Shown: positions 50,691-63,792 of the stretch, piece after piece | Layout of the letters: every line of letters begins with the position of its first letter | Position numbering within the stretch: position 1 is the stretch's first letter | Source of the DNA: Ancylonema sp. | Taxonomy: Eukaryota | Direction of reading: 5' to 3' | Length of the DNA: 64,000 nucleotides | NCBI GenBank assembly: GCA_050230475.1 | Contig: JBFLGF010000137.1 | Span: 1-64,000 of the forward strand | The notes under the pieces: generated by a model | What the model was told of the DNA's origin: nothing | Database searches by the model: none | Seen by the model: the letters and a program-made list of their open reading frames with translations, nothing else | Position numbers and translations under genes: made by a program

Positions 50691-51221
50691 CTGCAACGCC
50701 TGATTAATCTTAGTGTTGTTTCTAGACCTCCCACCACTAAGCGTTGAGTGCATCTCAGCTTTCGGCGAGTAGTAGCTACGGCGTTGATAAGTCACATACC
50801 GTGCTTGAATTACATTCTTGTGTGGTCAGTAGGGATTCAACCTACACCAATCTACTCTAGTGAGATCCAGATGATGACAAAGGCCCAATCCTGATGCTGC
50901 TCATTCAGACAAGTAGCCAAGTCATCAACAAACATCCGTCATTTTCATCGACGCAAAAAATTATAAATAAGTATGTAATGAGACACTTAATGCCTAAGTT
51001 CGCATCCATTTATAGCCCTTTGTTAGTTTGTAGGAATAATTGTCGTTGTATCGAGTGGCAGGTTCGTTATGTGTGATGCATGTGTTGTTTGGAGTTGTGC
51101 ACGGAAGTTGATCCGTTGCTATAAGTTGTTGCGCGGGCAGTTACTTAGTATTTTTAGTCATGCATTGGAATTGTGTGGGTACAAGGGAACCACTTATCAT
51201 CTTTCACTTACCTTCTTTCAC

Positions 51222-53053
51222 TTACCACTTATTGTCACATAAGAGAAGTACCCCCTCTTGTTTTACACCCATCTCCCCTTGGTATGCTCGAAAATACATT
51301 GCCTCTTGTACCGCGTACGTCATGGCCATGTACTCACTCTCGGTCGAACTTAGAGCCACCACCTCTTGGAGCTTACTACCCCAACTAACGGCTCCCCCGC
51401 CACTCCTGGACACATACCCGGACCGCCCCCTCATCGTCTCCGGATCGCTACCGTAGCTTGCGTCCGAGTAAACCGCCACATCCTCCCCTACCCCGTAGAA
51501 GAGTCCCTCTCCCGCCGTTTCCTTGAGATATCGAACTACCCTCTTTGCCGCATCCCAATGCTTTCTACCCGGGTTTCAGCAAAATCGGCTAAGCGTGCTC
51601 ACGGACATAGTCAAGTCCGGTCGGGTCCAAACCGCAAGGTACATAAGACTCCCAATCAAGTTCCGGTACGGAAGCGCCTCTATATCTCGCCGCTCCTCCT
51701 CCGTCTCGGGGGAATTCTCTATCCCCAAGACCAACCCCGGCTCAAAGGGGGTGGAAACCCCCCTCCCCCCCTCCAAACCGTACTTTGACACCACCTCACC
51801 CGCATACTTCGCTTAACCCAAGAAAATGCCCCCACCCTCCGGCCTCGAGATCTCTATCCCTAGCAAGAAGTGAGCACTCCCTAGATCCTTCATCTTACAT
51901 TTCTCTCCTAGCCCCCACTTCACCTCATCAAGGCACTCCCTCTGTTTCCACATCATGAGCAAGTCAACCATGTAAAGAGAAAGAAATACTCTATCATCTC
52001 CATCGCCTATCACTAAGAGACCGTGATCCGAAGAGAAGCGTCTAAACCCTATCGCCAACAAAACCTCGTTTATCTTCCTATACCACAGTCGCGCTGCTTG
52101 TTTCAACCCGTAAAGGCACTTTAGTAAACTCCACACCATCCCCTCACAGAACCCCGGAGCCCCCTCCGGGATCTCCACCCAAACGTCCTCGTCGACATCG
52201 GCGTAGAGGAACGCCGAAGACACGTCCATTTGACCCAACCCTCGGAAGCCCCCATAGCAAACAATCCCCTAATCGCCTCATGTCGGACGGTCGGCGCAAA
52301 AGTATCATCGTAGTCTACCCCCTCTATTTGACTAAAGTCTCTAGCCACCACGCGCGCCTTGAGTTTGTCCGCGTTCCCCTCTTGATCGGTTTTTACGCGA
52401 AGCACCCATTTCGTACCTCTCACTTTCTTTCCTATGGGCCTCTCCACTACCTCATAAACCTCATTCTCAGCCAAGCTCCCCAACTCCGAGTCAATTGCCG
52501 CTTGCCACCCCTCACTTTGCGGTCCCGCCAGCGCCTCACTAACGGTTGTTGGACACGAAATGGCGATTGCCACGGAAAATGCGTCCGCAAACGTCAATGG
52601 TGGCACTCCGCGGTTTTCCATACCACTTCTACGTGCTTCATTGGTGAAAATCCGGTTCCTGGAGCCCTTTGGACGCCCTCTAGGCCTTCCCGCCCCTCCC
52701 GCCCCTCTTTCCGCCCCGCCAGCCCCACCAGCCGCCCCTCCGTCCGCTCCCCAGTCATCACCGGGGTCAGAATCCCCGTCAGAATCGCCACCCGCCCAAC
52801 CCTCGTCGTCGGAGTCGTCCTCCACCAACTCTGGCAGCTCGTCCTCCTCGGGGGCGGGCGGGGGTGGGGGAAAGGGAGGGGGAGGGGGAGGGGGAGGGGG
52901 AGGAAGGTGAGGGGGAGGGGGCCACGCGTTAGCCTCTAGCTGCAGGTCAGGGAAGGCCACCGGATCCATCTTTGGCTCGTCCTTGACCAGCTGTTGGCGC
53001 CACCTGCCGGTCCCCACGTGTTCGTCAAAATGTGCCCCGCCGACATTGTGCAC
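51222..53053 (-). mobile_element. Ty1/copia fragment D (integrase tail, RT, part of RNase H), same clade as B and C
   Basis: NVGGAHFDE, poly-Pro/acidic linker, KWVLRVK..KARVVAR, QMDVSSAFL, LYGLKQA, YMVD (mutated YVDD), YSDASY, STESEY. Frameshifted and truncated at both ends. Confidence 0.9.
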
Positions 53054-53265
53054 CTTCCTTTAACTCCTACCCTCTCCTCCTCCAATCCTCTGGCCTTGCC
53101 TCACTTCGTGGCTCTCTTGGTTGTTGCTTGTGGTCTTTTCGCAGTTCAGGTGAGGAGACGGACAACGACGATTGCACAAGTGTGGCGGAAGAGGGCAAGG
53201 TTACCGGCGGACCATTGATGCAGACGTCTTACAATAGAATGAGTCGGAAAGTTGTGCCGTGTGAC

Positions 53266-53643
53266 CATAGGTGGCCGCGCACCGTGCGCGTTATTTGCGC
53301 ACGTGTGCGGTATGCGTGCCGCACCGGCACAATTTGAGGAATCGAATTCGAGATGTCGAAATTTGACTAAGTACTAAATACTGACCATTTTTTAATGTAG
53401 GTAGTATAGTATAACCTTTTAGGCCCGAGTAGTATAGTGCCACGTCTAACCGGTTTACCAACTACATCTCACAATTTTGGAAACATCCCGCACCCCCTAT
53501 GGTGTAGGAAGTGCCCCCCCCCCCCTTTGCGGGTTGTAATATTATTTTAAAACTCATGGCCGAGCACCGTACACGAGATTTGTGCGAGCGTGCAGCGCGA
53601 GTACAATACATGTGCAGGACGGGCACGCCAAAAAACAACTATG
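53266..53643. mobile_element. hAT-type MITE, 378 bp
   Basis: Ends CATAGGTG / CAACTATG; left end shares TGGCCGCGCACCG with the 43376 element. TSD only partly conserved. Confidence 0.55.
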
Positions 53644-55612
53644 CGTATGTTCAAATAATGAAGAGACTCTTCAGTAGCAAGCCAAAATGGGACTAGGCAT
53701 GTACACATGCAAGGGAAGAATTGTTGTAGCTATTTGGAGCTCCAAATATAGGGTTCTTGCCATACACGCTTTCACTTTTTAGTCGTACATTTGTGTGGGA
53801 CGGGACTTGTAACTCGATACTTTGAATGCACTTCGGGTTTCCTTGAGAGCCATTAGAGCCACAAAGTGAGGCAAGACTGGAGGAGGAGGAGAGGGTAGGA
53901 TTCAAAGCGGGTTCACACTCACCACTTGGAATGCTTCCGGAATCGTCGTTGTCACATCCTTTTGTGCTCTGTACCCGTCACCATGGACACGATTCTGTGG
54001 TACACCACCACCCCACTTCTCAACTGCAAGATACGAGCAGACAGCGAAACGACTACACCATCACCAATCCACCCCACGATTCAATGGAAGATGCACATCT
54101 GACATATGATTGTGGAGGGGTAGGAGCTAGAGCCCCAACTTACAGTCTCACCAAAACGGAGCAACTTCATCTTCAACATTTGCATCGAGCTTGACCAATG
54201 CGACTAAAAGCGATTCAGGTTGGCTGCTGCCCATACATCACACACGTTTTTTCCAAATATATACCACACAAAGCAGATGCGACGTTTTGGCAGAGCCCTG
54301 AAATAAGTCGTCTCTTCTTTAATTGTGTGGAAGGGTGCACAAGAGGGTGACTATCCTCCCAAAGGTACCCGTATCGAGGCTGTTTGTTTTTTAAGTTTGG
54401 CAATTCACTCTCTTCCGCCTCCCTTCTCTGAGCATACCGTTCATTTACTAGCCTCTGAAAGCCACAAGAAATCTATGGTGGCCTTATCCCGAAGCCAATG
54501 CCCCCTTCACTCCTACAAATCACCCCAGGCTACCAGTACTGTCCCTGCCTACGACCATCCAACCAACATCCCGTGTGCCATCGGGGGCTGCGAGACAAAT
54601 TCTTCTATTCGAAAAAAGCGCCTTGATGATCACTCACCTTTCATCCGTGGCGGCTGGGGACTGCCTTCAGTTCCAAAAACAATCATCTCGTGTGGATCGT
54701 CACGAAGAGAATACCTCCAAAGTGAAATGTTTTCCATCAACGGCCTTCCGAGGTCAAACACGGGATTTCGAGTGGGGTCGAATCTGTGTAGCCTATAGTC
54801 GACTATGAAGTCATCTCATCGATGTTCGGTATTTTGGAATACGGCTGAATCTAGGCTTGATGCCACAACAATTCCGGAGCAACCTGGCAAAAATGATCCC
54901 ACACGTCTATCAATTGCAAAACCAGCGGACGCGGATTGTATGCAAGCGCGTCAAACCCCACGGGCTCTCCGTTTCGATCCGGACACATCACCATTTCGTC
55001 CCAAGCACACAGACACGAGCTTGAAGGCCGTAATATCAAGTCGAATCCATAACAGATGCGGATATCGGTCGTCGGCCGGTGGCGGCCCCACGACTTCTAC
55101 CCTCATTCTCGGCGGATTGTTCTACAGCACCAAGACTGACACACGACCAGAAGCGTCACGTTATGAGCGGAATGTAAGCGAGAGAGCACATTGAAGGCAC
55201 CACGTCCACAAATCTACCACATACTTGCACCGGAACCTGTGCTGCTTAACGTATGTAGGGTACGTGGCACGCCCGTGCGGGATTACACTTTTCATAACCT
55301 GCACCCTCAAGTTCGGTTCTTTATTCTCATAAAGATAGAGGGAGAAATAGGGGACAGACACAACACCACAAGCCGTAGAGTGTTGTTTCGTTGATATCAA
55401 TCGAGGATAGTGGACACCCTTGTCAGGATTGTCGTAAACAGGAACTCGCCTCACATGTGTCACAATTTGCGTTTATTGCATACCTACCAGTTCATCTCTA
55501 CTAACTTAGTTTCCAGCTCAGTTCTCTTGGAAACTTAGTACCAAGAAGGGGAAGTGAAGTTCATCGAAGTAGGCACGTGTGTAGCTCACGAACCAGGTGT
55601 CTTTGAGAGAAG

Positions 55613-56026
55613 CATAGTAGTACCCGGACGGGTCAGGGCATTTTGCGGACGCGTCCGGAACACTTCCGCTAGCCGACGCGGCCGCGACGTCCGGGTCCGC
55701 AAAGCGTCCGGGTATTTAGGGATTATTAACCGAATCAAAAAGGGGCCGGACGACGGAGATATATGTGTTCTTCCGGTCCTGAGATTCTACAACCTCTAGA
55801 CTACCAGGCAACTTTAGGACGTGATCTAACCGTCCATATCACACATATTTTAGCGTTTTTTTTTTGGACGGGGTCTACGGGGTGTGAGGAATATAAACCA
55901 AAATCTAAAAAAAAAACTTCAAGTACCCGGACGGCCACCGGAAATTGGCGGATGCGTCCGGAAGATATCCGCTAGTGGACGCGTCCGCGACGTCCGCGTT
56001 CGCGTTCGCGTTTGCGTATTACTATG
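55613..56026. mobile_element. hAT-type MITE, 414 bp
   Basis: Perfect 8-bp TSD GAGAGAAG (55605-55612, 56027-56034); TIR CATAGTAGTAC / GTATTACTATG; GGACGCGTCC palindromes. Confidence 0.9.
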
Positions 56027-56725
56027 GAGAGAAGCCTTATCTGACGGTCTAGGGGGACGGCACCTCGCAGGAAGTTGCATCGAGCATACATGTCTGTCGG
56101 CTACCCGCTCGGGTACTATCCTTTACCGAACGAGCGGAACACGAACGCGAAGGCGTTGACCAGGTATCGGGGACGCCAACCATACACTCTGGGCTACTGT
56201 GGTTCCGGGCTCCGGGCGATCTGGCGAGCTGCGGGCTTTCTCGAGCCCGCAGCCCAGACCGCCTGAGAGTACTCCTTGCCCGGCAGCGCCCGCACAACGC
56301 GGAGGCCCCAGAGGCAGTTACCGGTAGGCACAAGGATGACTGCATAATCCACACGTGCGGGCTTTTTGTGAGGTGCAGCTGCACCGAACAGCCATCTAAT
56401 ACCGCACGCATCGGTACAAAGGCGCTTACTGGTTTTTCCCGCGCATGTGTGTTTTTCCTTTAACCTACTAGAATTCACTGTCCTACTGATTGCTGGATGT
56501 ATGTTTCCCGCTAATTACATTCGAGGTCCCTGATATGTTTTTATGCTTGTAATGGTGTATCAACTGGAAGTAATGTGAAAGTTGAGATGAAAAGCGAAGT
56601 GACAGGGTATTTATAGGAAACTCATGGAACACTAGCAGCAATTTAACTCCTGTCCAACTTTGAAAACTGGGGTTTGCTGGCATTAACCGCTTGGCGCGAT
56701 CTCGCGACCGCTGTTAATTTCCTAC

Positions 56726-59700
56726 ATGGGCAACGCTTCCTCGCAACCAACAACTGCGGGGGGCGAAAGTTTCCTGACCACTGCCCGAGAACCACTCCTG
56801 GGCCTACTTGACAAACTTGACGAATCGGAAGACCTGGAGATTTTGCGAGCCCGTAAAAACGAGTCGCAAGCGAAGTCCTCAAAACTCCCCATAGGCCGCT
56901 CGGTTGTCTACAAGGGGAAAATCCCGAGCAGCTTGCTTGAAAAGCGGGGAACCGGAGTCGACTTGAATGATGACATAAACGAACCCGGTCCTCGCTTTAA
57001 CTCTGACGTCAGCGCGATGACGACGGTAGCGATAAAACGGCTCCGATTGGGGGAAGAGACGGGAGGTCGAGATGAGTACTGGGTAGGTAACAGGCAATGA
57101 TGTCTTGTCGTCTTTCGAATCGGATACTTTATGCTCGCATGAGCCGTACGGTTCTGCGGACGAAAATCCTCCACGTCAGGATCGTACAGTATCGTTGCGA
57201 GCAGCTACTCCTCCACACGATATAACGAAATCAGCCACTAGGATGACAGAATTAAACAGAGATAAGCCTAACTCATACTGCCAAGTTTTGACCCCCCCAA
57301 CCCCCCCAACCCCCCACCCGCCCCACCCCCCCCCCACAGAAAGAGGTTCGCATCATGAACGACATCCAGCACCCGCGGGTGGTCCAGCTGTTGGGATGCT
57401 GCTCAGAAAAGGGGGAGGCTCTGCTCATATACGAGTTTATGGAGGGGGGGAATCTTGGGGCTGCCTTATTTCACCGTGAGTAAATTTCAGAGGTGGGGAG
57501 AGGGGAGGGGGTAGTGTTTTTTTTTTTTTTTTTTTTTTTTGGGATAGGAGGCAGTGCGAGATGGTTACCAAACTCAATGGCGAATAAAAAATCATATACG
57601 CATACACATCAAATTTAAAAGGTATATATGTATGTATGAGTATATAAATGTATGAATATATTTATATAACTACTTATATTTGTATATGTATGACTATACG
57701 TGTATATTTGTATACGCAAACATCAATGTATGTAGATTTTTTCGTACGTAGTTGAATACATGTATATCTGTGTACGTATACGCGTAAACATGTTCTTGCG
57801 TATACCTGTACACTTGTTTACATGTGTATATGTCTCTATGTATGTACATGTATTTGGGTGTGTGTTTTGTATTTGCGCATGCATGTACCTGGGTTTGAAT
57901 ACACTTTCAAATTCAAATATATATTTTCAAGTCAACATGTTGAGTCGTACAAGAGTGTGAATTCGTTTCAAGGCACCAAACTGTTGGGTCCCACCCGCCC
58001 CCCAGCTTTCCACCCGCCCCTCACCCGCCTTCCACCCGCCCACCCTTCAAAACGTGGGCGGTGGGCGTGTGAATGGATAGTTATGGTCGTTTCATGTCGA
58101 GTACTATATCCTCTCCCTGTCTCACCCATTCTTGGACATACCATAGGGGTGGAAGGCGGGATTTTTTTTTGGGTTTATAAATAAATAAATAAATATATAT
58201 CTGCACGCACGGTCACACATATACATTTACAACCGTTCGATAAATTTTTACATGCGTATACACACATATTACGAAGTGTATGCAGCATACATTCGATTTA
58301 AATTACACACACAAATACGTATCTGCCTATCACAGTCACGTGCTGACGTGCCGCCTCCGCATTGGTGGCTCCTGTGTCCCCCCTGCCAGCTGTCAGCCCT
58401 CAGAGCGTGCTGACGTGGCATCAGCGCCTCGTCATCGCCATGGATGCCGCTCGGGGCCTCCAGTTTCTGAACGACCAACAAATAATCCATCGAGACTTTA
58501 GACCCGCAAACGTGTTCCTGGATAAGGTGAAACCCTCTCTATAGGCACCTTCTCCTCTTCATCACCTCATTCACTTTCACTTTACAGGCACCCTTTTGGT
58601 GGGGGTGCTTTTTATATCTATATACAGAGGGTGTGACACGGAATGTGTGATCCAGAAAATCCTTTCTTTTATTTATGGTGCCATCATGTGAAAGTGTGCC
58701 TACACAGAGAGGTGCCTGTAGACAGGAACGACGGTAGTATGCTTGTATGTACATACGCATATATATATGTGTTCCATGAGTTTGGTACAGACAACTATCG
58801 TTTATGCTTTCATGCTTCATGCTTATGCTCAAGTTTGTGTCCATATTGTTACTAATCAGAAAATAAAGTTTTTTCGACTGTGCATTGCCCCTTTGTAACC
58901 GGCCTCCCCCCCCCCCTTTTATACCGAATACCCGTACCCGTCCAGATCCCTCGCGCCAAAGTGGGTGGTCTGAGCTCTGCCTACGTGTCGGTTGCGGGGA
59001 ATATCCCCCCTCCCGATCAGAAAGTGGCGGGTCGAATCGGATACGTTTGCACCAACTATCTGGAAACAGGTGGGAACAGGAACCTGGAAATAGAACCTGA
59101 ATTCGAAACCTGGACCTGAACTGGAAAGTGTACTTTGGAGGTGGGGGTGGGTGGTAGCTGTGGATTGTGGAAGTCTCACACGTGTTTGTGTATGCATACT
59201 TGTATTTATGATGTCGGGTACTAGGGCTACGACTTTGCACAGGCACTTTTATCAATTAACAACTGTTACTTGTTCCCGGCTAGTTAGGGTGCGAGGGATA
59301 AATTTTGTGCAACAGCCGAGCAGTAGCATTGACGATATGATTTTCTTCGGCCCACATCTCACACTCGACCACTCAAAAAGAAGAGAAGTCAAAGAATTGA
59401 TAACTTCAACAACAACAACGACCAATAAAATAGACCCACTTAACTCGAACTAGTCTCCCCCCCCTCAGGCTACATCTCTCCCAAACTTGACGTCGTCTCC
59501 TTCGGCATCACCCTCCTCCAACTCCTCGCCGGCAGAATGGCGGTACAGACTTCTGCCATGTCCGCCGATTCCGTCAGTCTGGCCGAAGTCATCGAGCGCC
59601 CCTCCCTCGGACTTCTGCCGCCCGAAGTCCTCAAGGCAAAAGAGGAGGAGGCTCTGGAAGAATCCGCACTGGACAGAATCGCGAGTCTGTCCAAAATCCG

Positions 59701-60352
59701 CGAGCTGTTGGCAGCTCAGGCTGAGGAGGAGGAGCGGCAAAAAGCGGCAAAATGGAAGGAAGAAGAAGGAGTAGAGGAGGCGAAGAAGGGGGAGGTGGAC
59801 GCGTCCAAAAAAAGGAGGGAAAAAAAGATGAGGGGCGCGGACGCGTACCACAAATTAGTCAGCGGGGATGATGACATGGCGGTCAGTGATAAGCCGCACG
59901 CAGAGTTGGGGGGGGAGGGGGGCAAGGAAGGGGGGGTGAAGGGGAAGGGGAACGGGGAAAGCGGGGGGGGCAGTGGGGGTGGGGGTGGGGGGGAGGGGGG
60001 TTCTGTCGGTCATGGCATGATACCTCAACCAGGTGGGGCTCGGAGAGGGGCTCATTGGGCTCTTAAGAACGAGGAGGGGGGAGGGGATGTAGCGGAGTTT
60101 GAGGAGGGGGGGGATGGGACGGCGGGGGCGGGGGCGGGGGCGGGGGTCGGGGCGGAAGTGGTTGGGGAAGTGAATTGTTTGGCGGATCTGATGGACCCGC
60201 GGTTGCGCGGGGAGTGGGACGAGGAAGTTGCAAGGAAGCTGCTGGCGTTGGCTGCCACGTGTGTGCAGCGCAAGCCGAGCAGGCGGCCGTACATGGGAGA
60301 GGTGGCGGATGAGTTGCAAAGAATTGTGGATGAGGATTCAGAAAGGGGGTAG
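56726..60352 (+). CDS. Receptor-like cytoplasmic kinase (RLK/Pelle) pseudokinase with predicted N-myristoylation; exons 56726-57082, 57340-57475, 58390-58526, 58946-59069, 59469-60352
   Basis: MGNASS start; VYKG, VAIKRL, EV.IM..IQHPRVVQLLGCC, LIYEFMEGGNL, LTWHQRLVIAMDAARGLQFL, IIHRDFRPANVFLD, DVVSFGITLLQLLAGR, LMDPRLRGEW, LAATCVQ..PSRRPYM. DFG position reads GGL. Phase-compatible GT-AG introns. Confidence 0.88.
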
Positions 60353-62442
60353 TGAGGGGGTCGCATGCAGAGACAAGGAACTAGTTGTGGATAAATAGTA
60401 GGTGTGAATTTAGACGTGGAGATGTAAATGTGGGTGTGGAATTACATGTAGATGTAGAAGTCGTTGTAGATATGAATGTAGATGGTAGGTGTTTGGTCCC
60501 AGACAACATCGTCCGGGACCTGTCCTGCATTTGTCCCGGATGGACACTAGTCTTCCCGGACGCGTCCGGAGGTTCCTTGAACAGTCCGGGGCCAAGTATG
60601 GGTGTAGGCGTAATTTGTTGACTTGTGTTCACTTTCTCCCTTCTCACTCTCTTCGGCACGGGTTGTTGGATGGTCGACGAAGGTACAAATTTAGTATATG
60701 CCAAAGTTTTGATGATCATAACATATCGTGGCATGAGACTGGAAACCCTTGGTTACATGATACACATTCTTACAACAAATGATGTGCGTTGATGTGCGTT
60801 ATACGATAAATGAATAACATTGTTGGGGCTTCTAGTTTGGGGTGAGCGACTGTCCCAAGAAGCGTTGTTCGTCAAACGTGCTTCAATAACCTTGTCGAGA
60901 CCAAATTTCGTTTCCAGATAAAAACACTTTCGGAATTGCACCCACGTTTATATCGTTGTAGCACGTGCCTACTCAAGAGCTTACGCGCACTTTTGGACAC
61001 GCCTAAATACACTTTTGAGAAATCTCCGCGTTGTTATATCACTTTTGTGTATAAAATCTTTGTAAACACGTGCCGTAAAAATTGTCATTATCGTTACAAT
61101 ACCGTGCGGTATTCAGTACGAAGTATACCAAATTGATTTCAACAAAAAATATATCACAACCAAAAATATTCACAACCATAAGATTCACAACCAAAAATAT
61201 ATAAGAAATGAGTTGTCTATACCATATCACATTCACCCCTGAATCTTCCATGACGGGAATTTGGTCGTCCACTATGTAGCAAATATCGTTTTGGCCATCT
61301 TCTCACCACAATCGCGTTTTCCATTTCGGTTTCTGGAAATTGGTATCACTTCTCGAAGTCATGAGGTCGAAACGACAAACATGATATTCACAAAGCGGCC
61401 CATGTTTACCACATGAAAATCCAGTTCCGAATCCTGTTTTGGAAAATATATCATAGCCACGTAGCACACCATAATATGTATTGCGTAGAGCAGGCCTTAG
61501 TTGGGTCCCGGGCCACATGGTTCGGGACCGGTCCCATATTTGTTCGGGACGGAAATGGCTCCAGACTTTTTTAGAGGATCCTAGACCGTTTTGTTTTTCT
61601 GATACAGTGTATCATACACGGTGTATCATGCACAGGTGTAGGGGTTCTCATGACGTATTGCTTTTTACAAATATGCAAGGTCACGACGCGTTTGGGGATC
61701 TCCGGACGTGTCCCAGCCACGGAAAACCCCGCCCAAAAAGCAAAAAAAAAGAAAAAATGTAACGCCCTGGATTTCACTGTCTTTCTTTCTTCCTTTCTTT
61801 CTTTTCTTCTTTTTTTTTCCCCTTGTTTTCATCACCGGTCGCGACCGAGACGCACCTTGTGAGTCACAAGAGACTTCTCGCTGTAGCATGATGATCAGTC
61901 GATTTCGGGCTTTTTCTTTGGGGAAGGCGTCTCCTTCAGGACGCGACGAGGATGTGCCCGAATCCGAAATTATCCAACCCGGGACCAGAGGGATTCTGGA
62001 CGGTCCGGGGCCAACAATGGAGAAGGCACCTTACAACCAGTTACAAATTGAAACAAGAAAAGTTTTCCCAAACGCTAGTCTCCGAACGAGAATACATTAC
62101 GATTTTGTTGCCTTTCCAATGTCTGTCCCTTTTGTTTAAAGGACGTTCGCAACGCGTTCGGGAACCCATCGAATGATTCACCTCTCCTTCAATCAACGTA
62201 TCGTATACACATAATGTGTTCACATCTTAATTCTTTTCATGCTCTAAGATTCGACTTTTTTGTTTTCCTTAAGTGGAAACAACAAACGGTTCACATTTTC
62301 AATCCTTCCCTCTAAACTCTTTATTTCTTTTTGCCCTTCTCAACCATTCACCAAAAAGCTTACATGTACAACCACCCCTCAAAAATCCAAAAAATACAAA
62401 CCAACTCGAAGCCTCTTCCACAAATTATTTCTCAACCCTTCT

Positions 62443-63792
62443 CTACTCCTCTTCCACCCCCTCCTCCTCCGACTCCCCCTCCTCCCCCCCCTCCTCCCCC
62501 ACCTCTCGCTGCAGCAACGCCGCCTCCTCCCCCTTCACTCCCCCTCCCTTCTTACTCGCTGTCTTCTTCCCCCCCTCCTTCTCTTCCTCCTCCTCCTCCT
62601 CCTCCTCCTCCTCGCTATACTCACTCTCCGTCTCGTCATCGAATACTTCTCCGTCGTCGTCCTCCTCCTCCTCCTCCTCCCCCTCCTCTCCCCCCTTCCC
62701 TCCCACAGCTCCACCGCTCCCGTCTTCTGAGGTTGCGGTCAATCCGGACACACGAGTACCAGCACGACTCCTTTTGGCAACCTGGAAACCCAAAACACAA
62801 ACCCCAAACCCCGTTTTTTTTGGGTTTGTCTTCTTTTTGGTCCTTTCAAGTAAGAAACGAAATGCGAGGGACAAGAAAGAGGGGGAACCAAACATCAAGG
62901 GAAAATAAAAACAAGGGGAAGAACGAAGTAGCGGCAAGAAATAAGAGATTGAACAAAAAAGGAAGGGGAGAGGAGAACAATAAAACTCAACAAAGCATTA
63001 AAAAAAATCAAAACACTCGGGGGGGGATGGGGGGGGGAGGGGGGGGATCGTATTGAAATAGGGAATTTTTTTTTTAAGGGAACAAAGGGAAAGAAGGTAC
63101 GTATTAACCAAAAACAAAAAAAAAACAAGTAGTGAAAAACAAAAACGGAAAAAAAAAAAAAAAACACACAAAAACCCTCATTGGCTCCCTCCCCCCACCT
63201 TGATCTTCACCGCCACTTTCTTATCGCACCCAATCCACACGTCTGAAACACCAAACGCTGTCAACGCATACACGCCCTCCTCGTGCGCAATAAATTTCGC
63301 GGCCACCAACCGCCCCCCCCCCTTCACCCTCTCCCCCGCCTCCCTCACCGCCTCCTTGATCACCCCCTCCTTCGCCCCCCCCCCCTCCAACCGCTCTTTC
63401 GTCATTTTCTTCGCATTCGCGATTGCCGCCACGTCATCGCCGAACGAAACCCGTTGAGAGACCCAAACCGCATTCGCACTGGTATCCGCTAACAGGATCC
63501 AGAAGTGTTCCTCTACGGGGATGGCGAAATGGGGGGTGTGGGGCAGGGCGGCTGTTAGACCGCAGTCCCTCTTTACAGTCACCCACGCCTTGAAGGACAC
63601 GAGGTCGCCCTCCTGAATCCCCCCCTCCTCCCCCTCCGTCTCGCACGTCATGTCGAGGTCGATGTGGGGCATGAGACTGAGAACGGATTCCACGTCAGCG
63701 GATTCGACCTCGGATAGGCCACCCAGATTCGTTAAAAGGTCCTTGCGATCGCCAGCTGGCATTTCGCGCATTTCGGAGAGCGTTCGCACCTT
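62443..63792 (-). CDS. ERDJ2: 3' part of ER translocon J-protein SEC63/ERdj2; last exons 63792-63199 and 62781-62443, gene continues beyond the window
   Basis: TCETEGEE.GIQEGD, ALPHTPHF..EEHFWILLAD, VWVSQRVSF, DVWIGCDKK, KV.KRSRAGTR and acidic ESEYSEEE tail match plant ERdj2. Canonical splice sites. Confidence 0.93.

Noticed and set aside
54000..55470. Possible LINE 3' end on the minus strand (QHRFRCKY..LWTW)
   Set aside because: Single weak motif; no RT or endonuclease motifs recovered.
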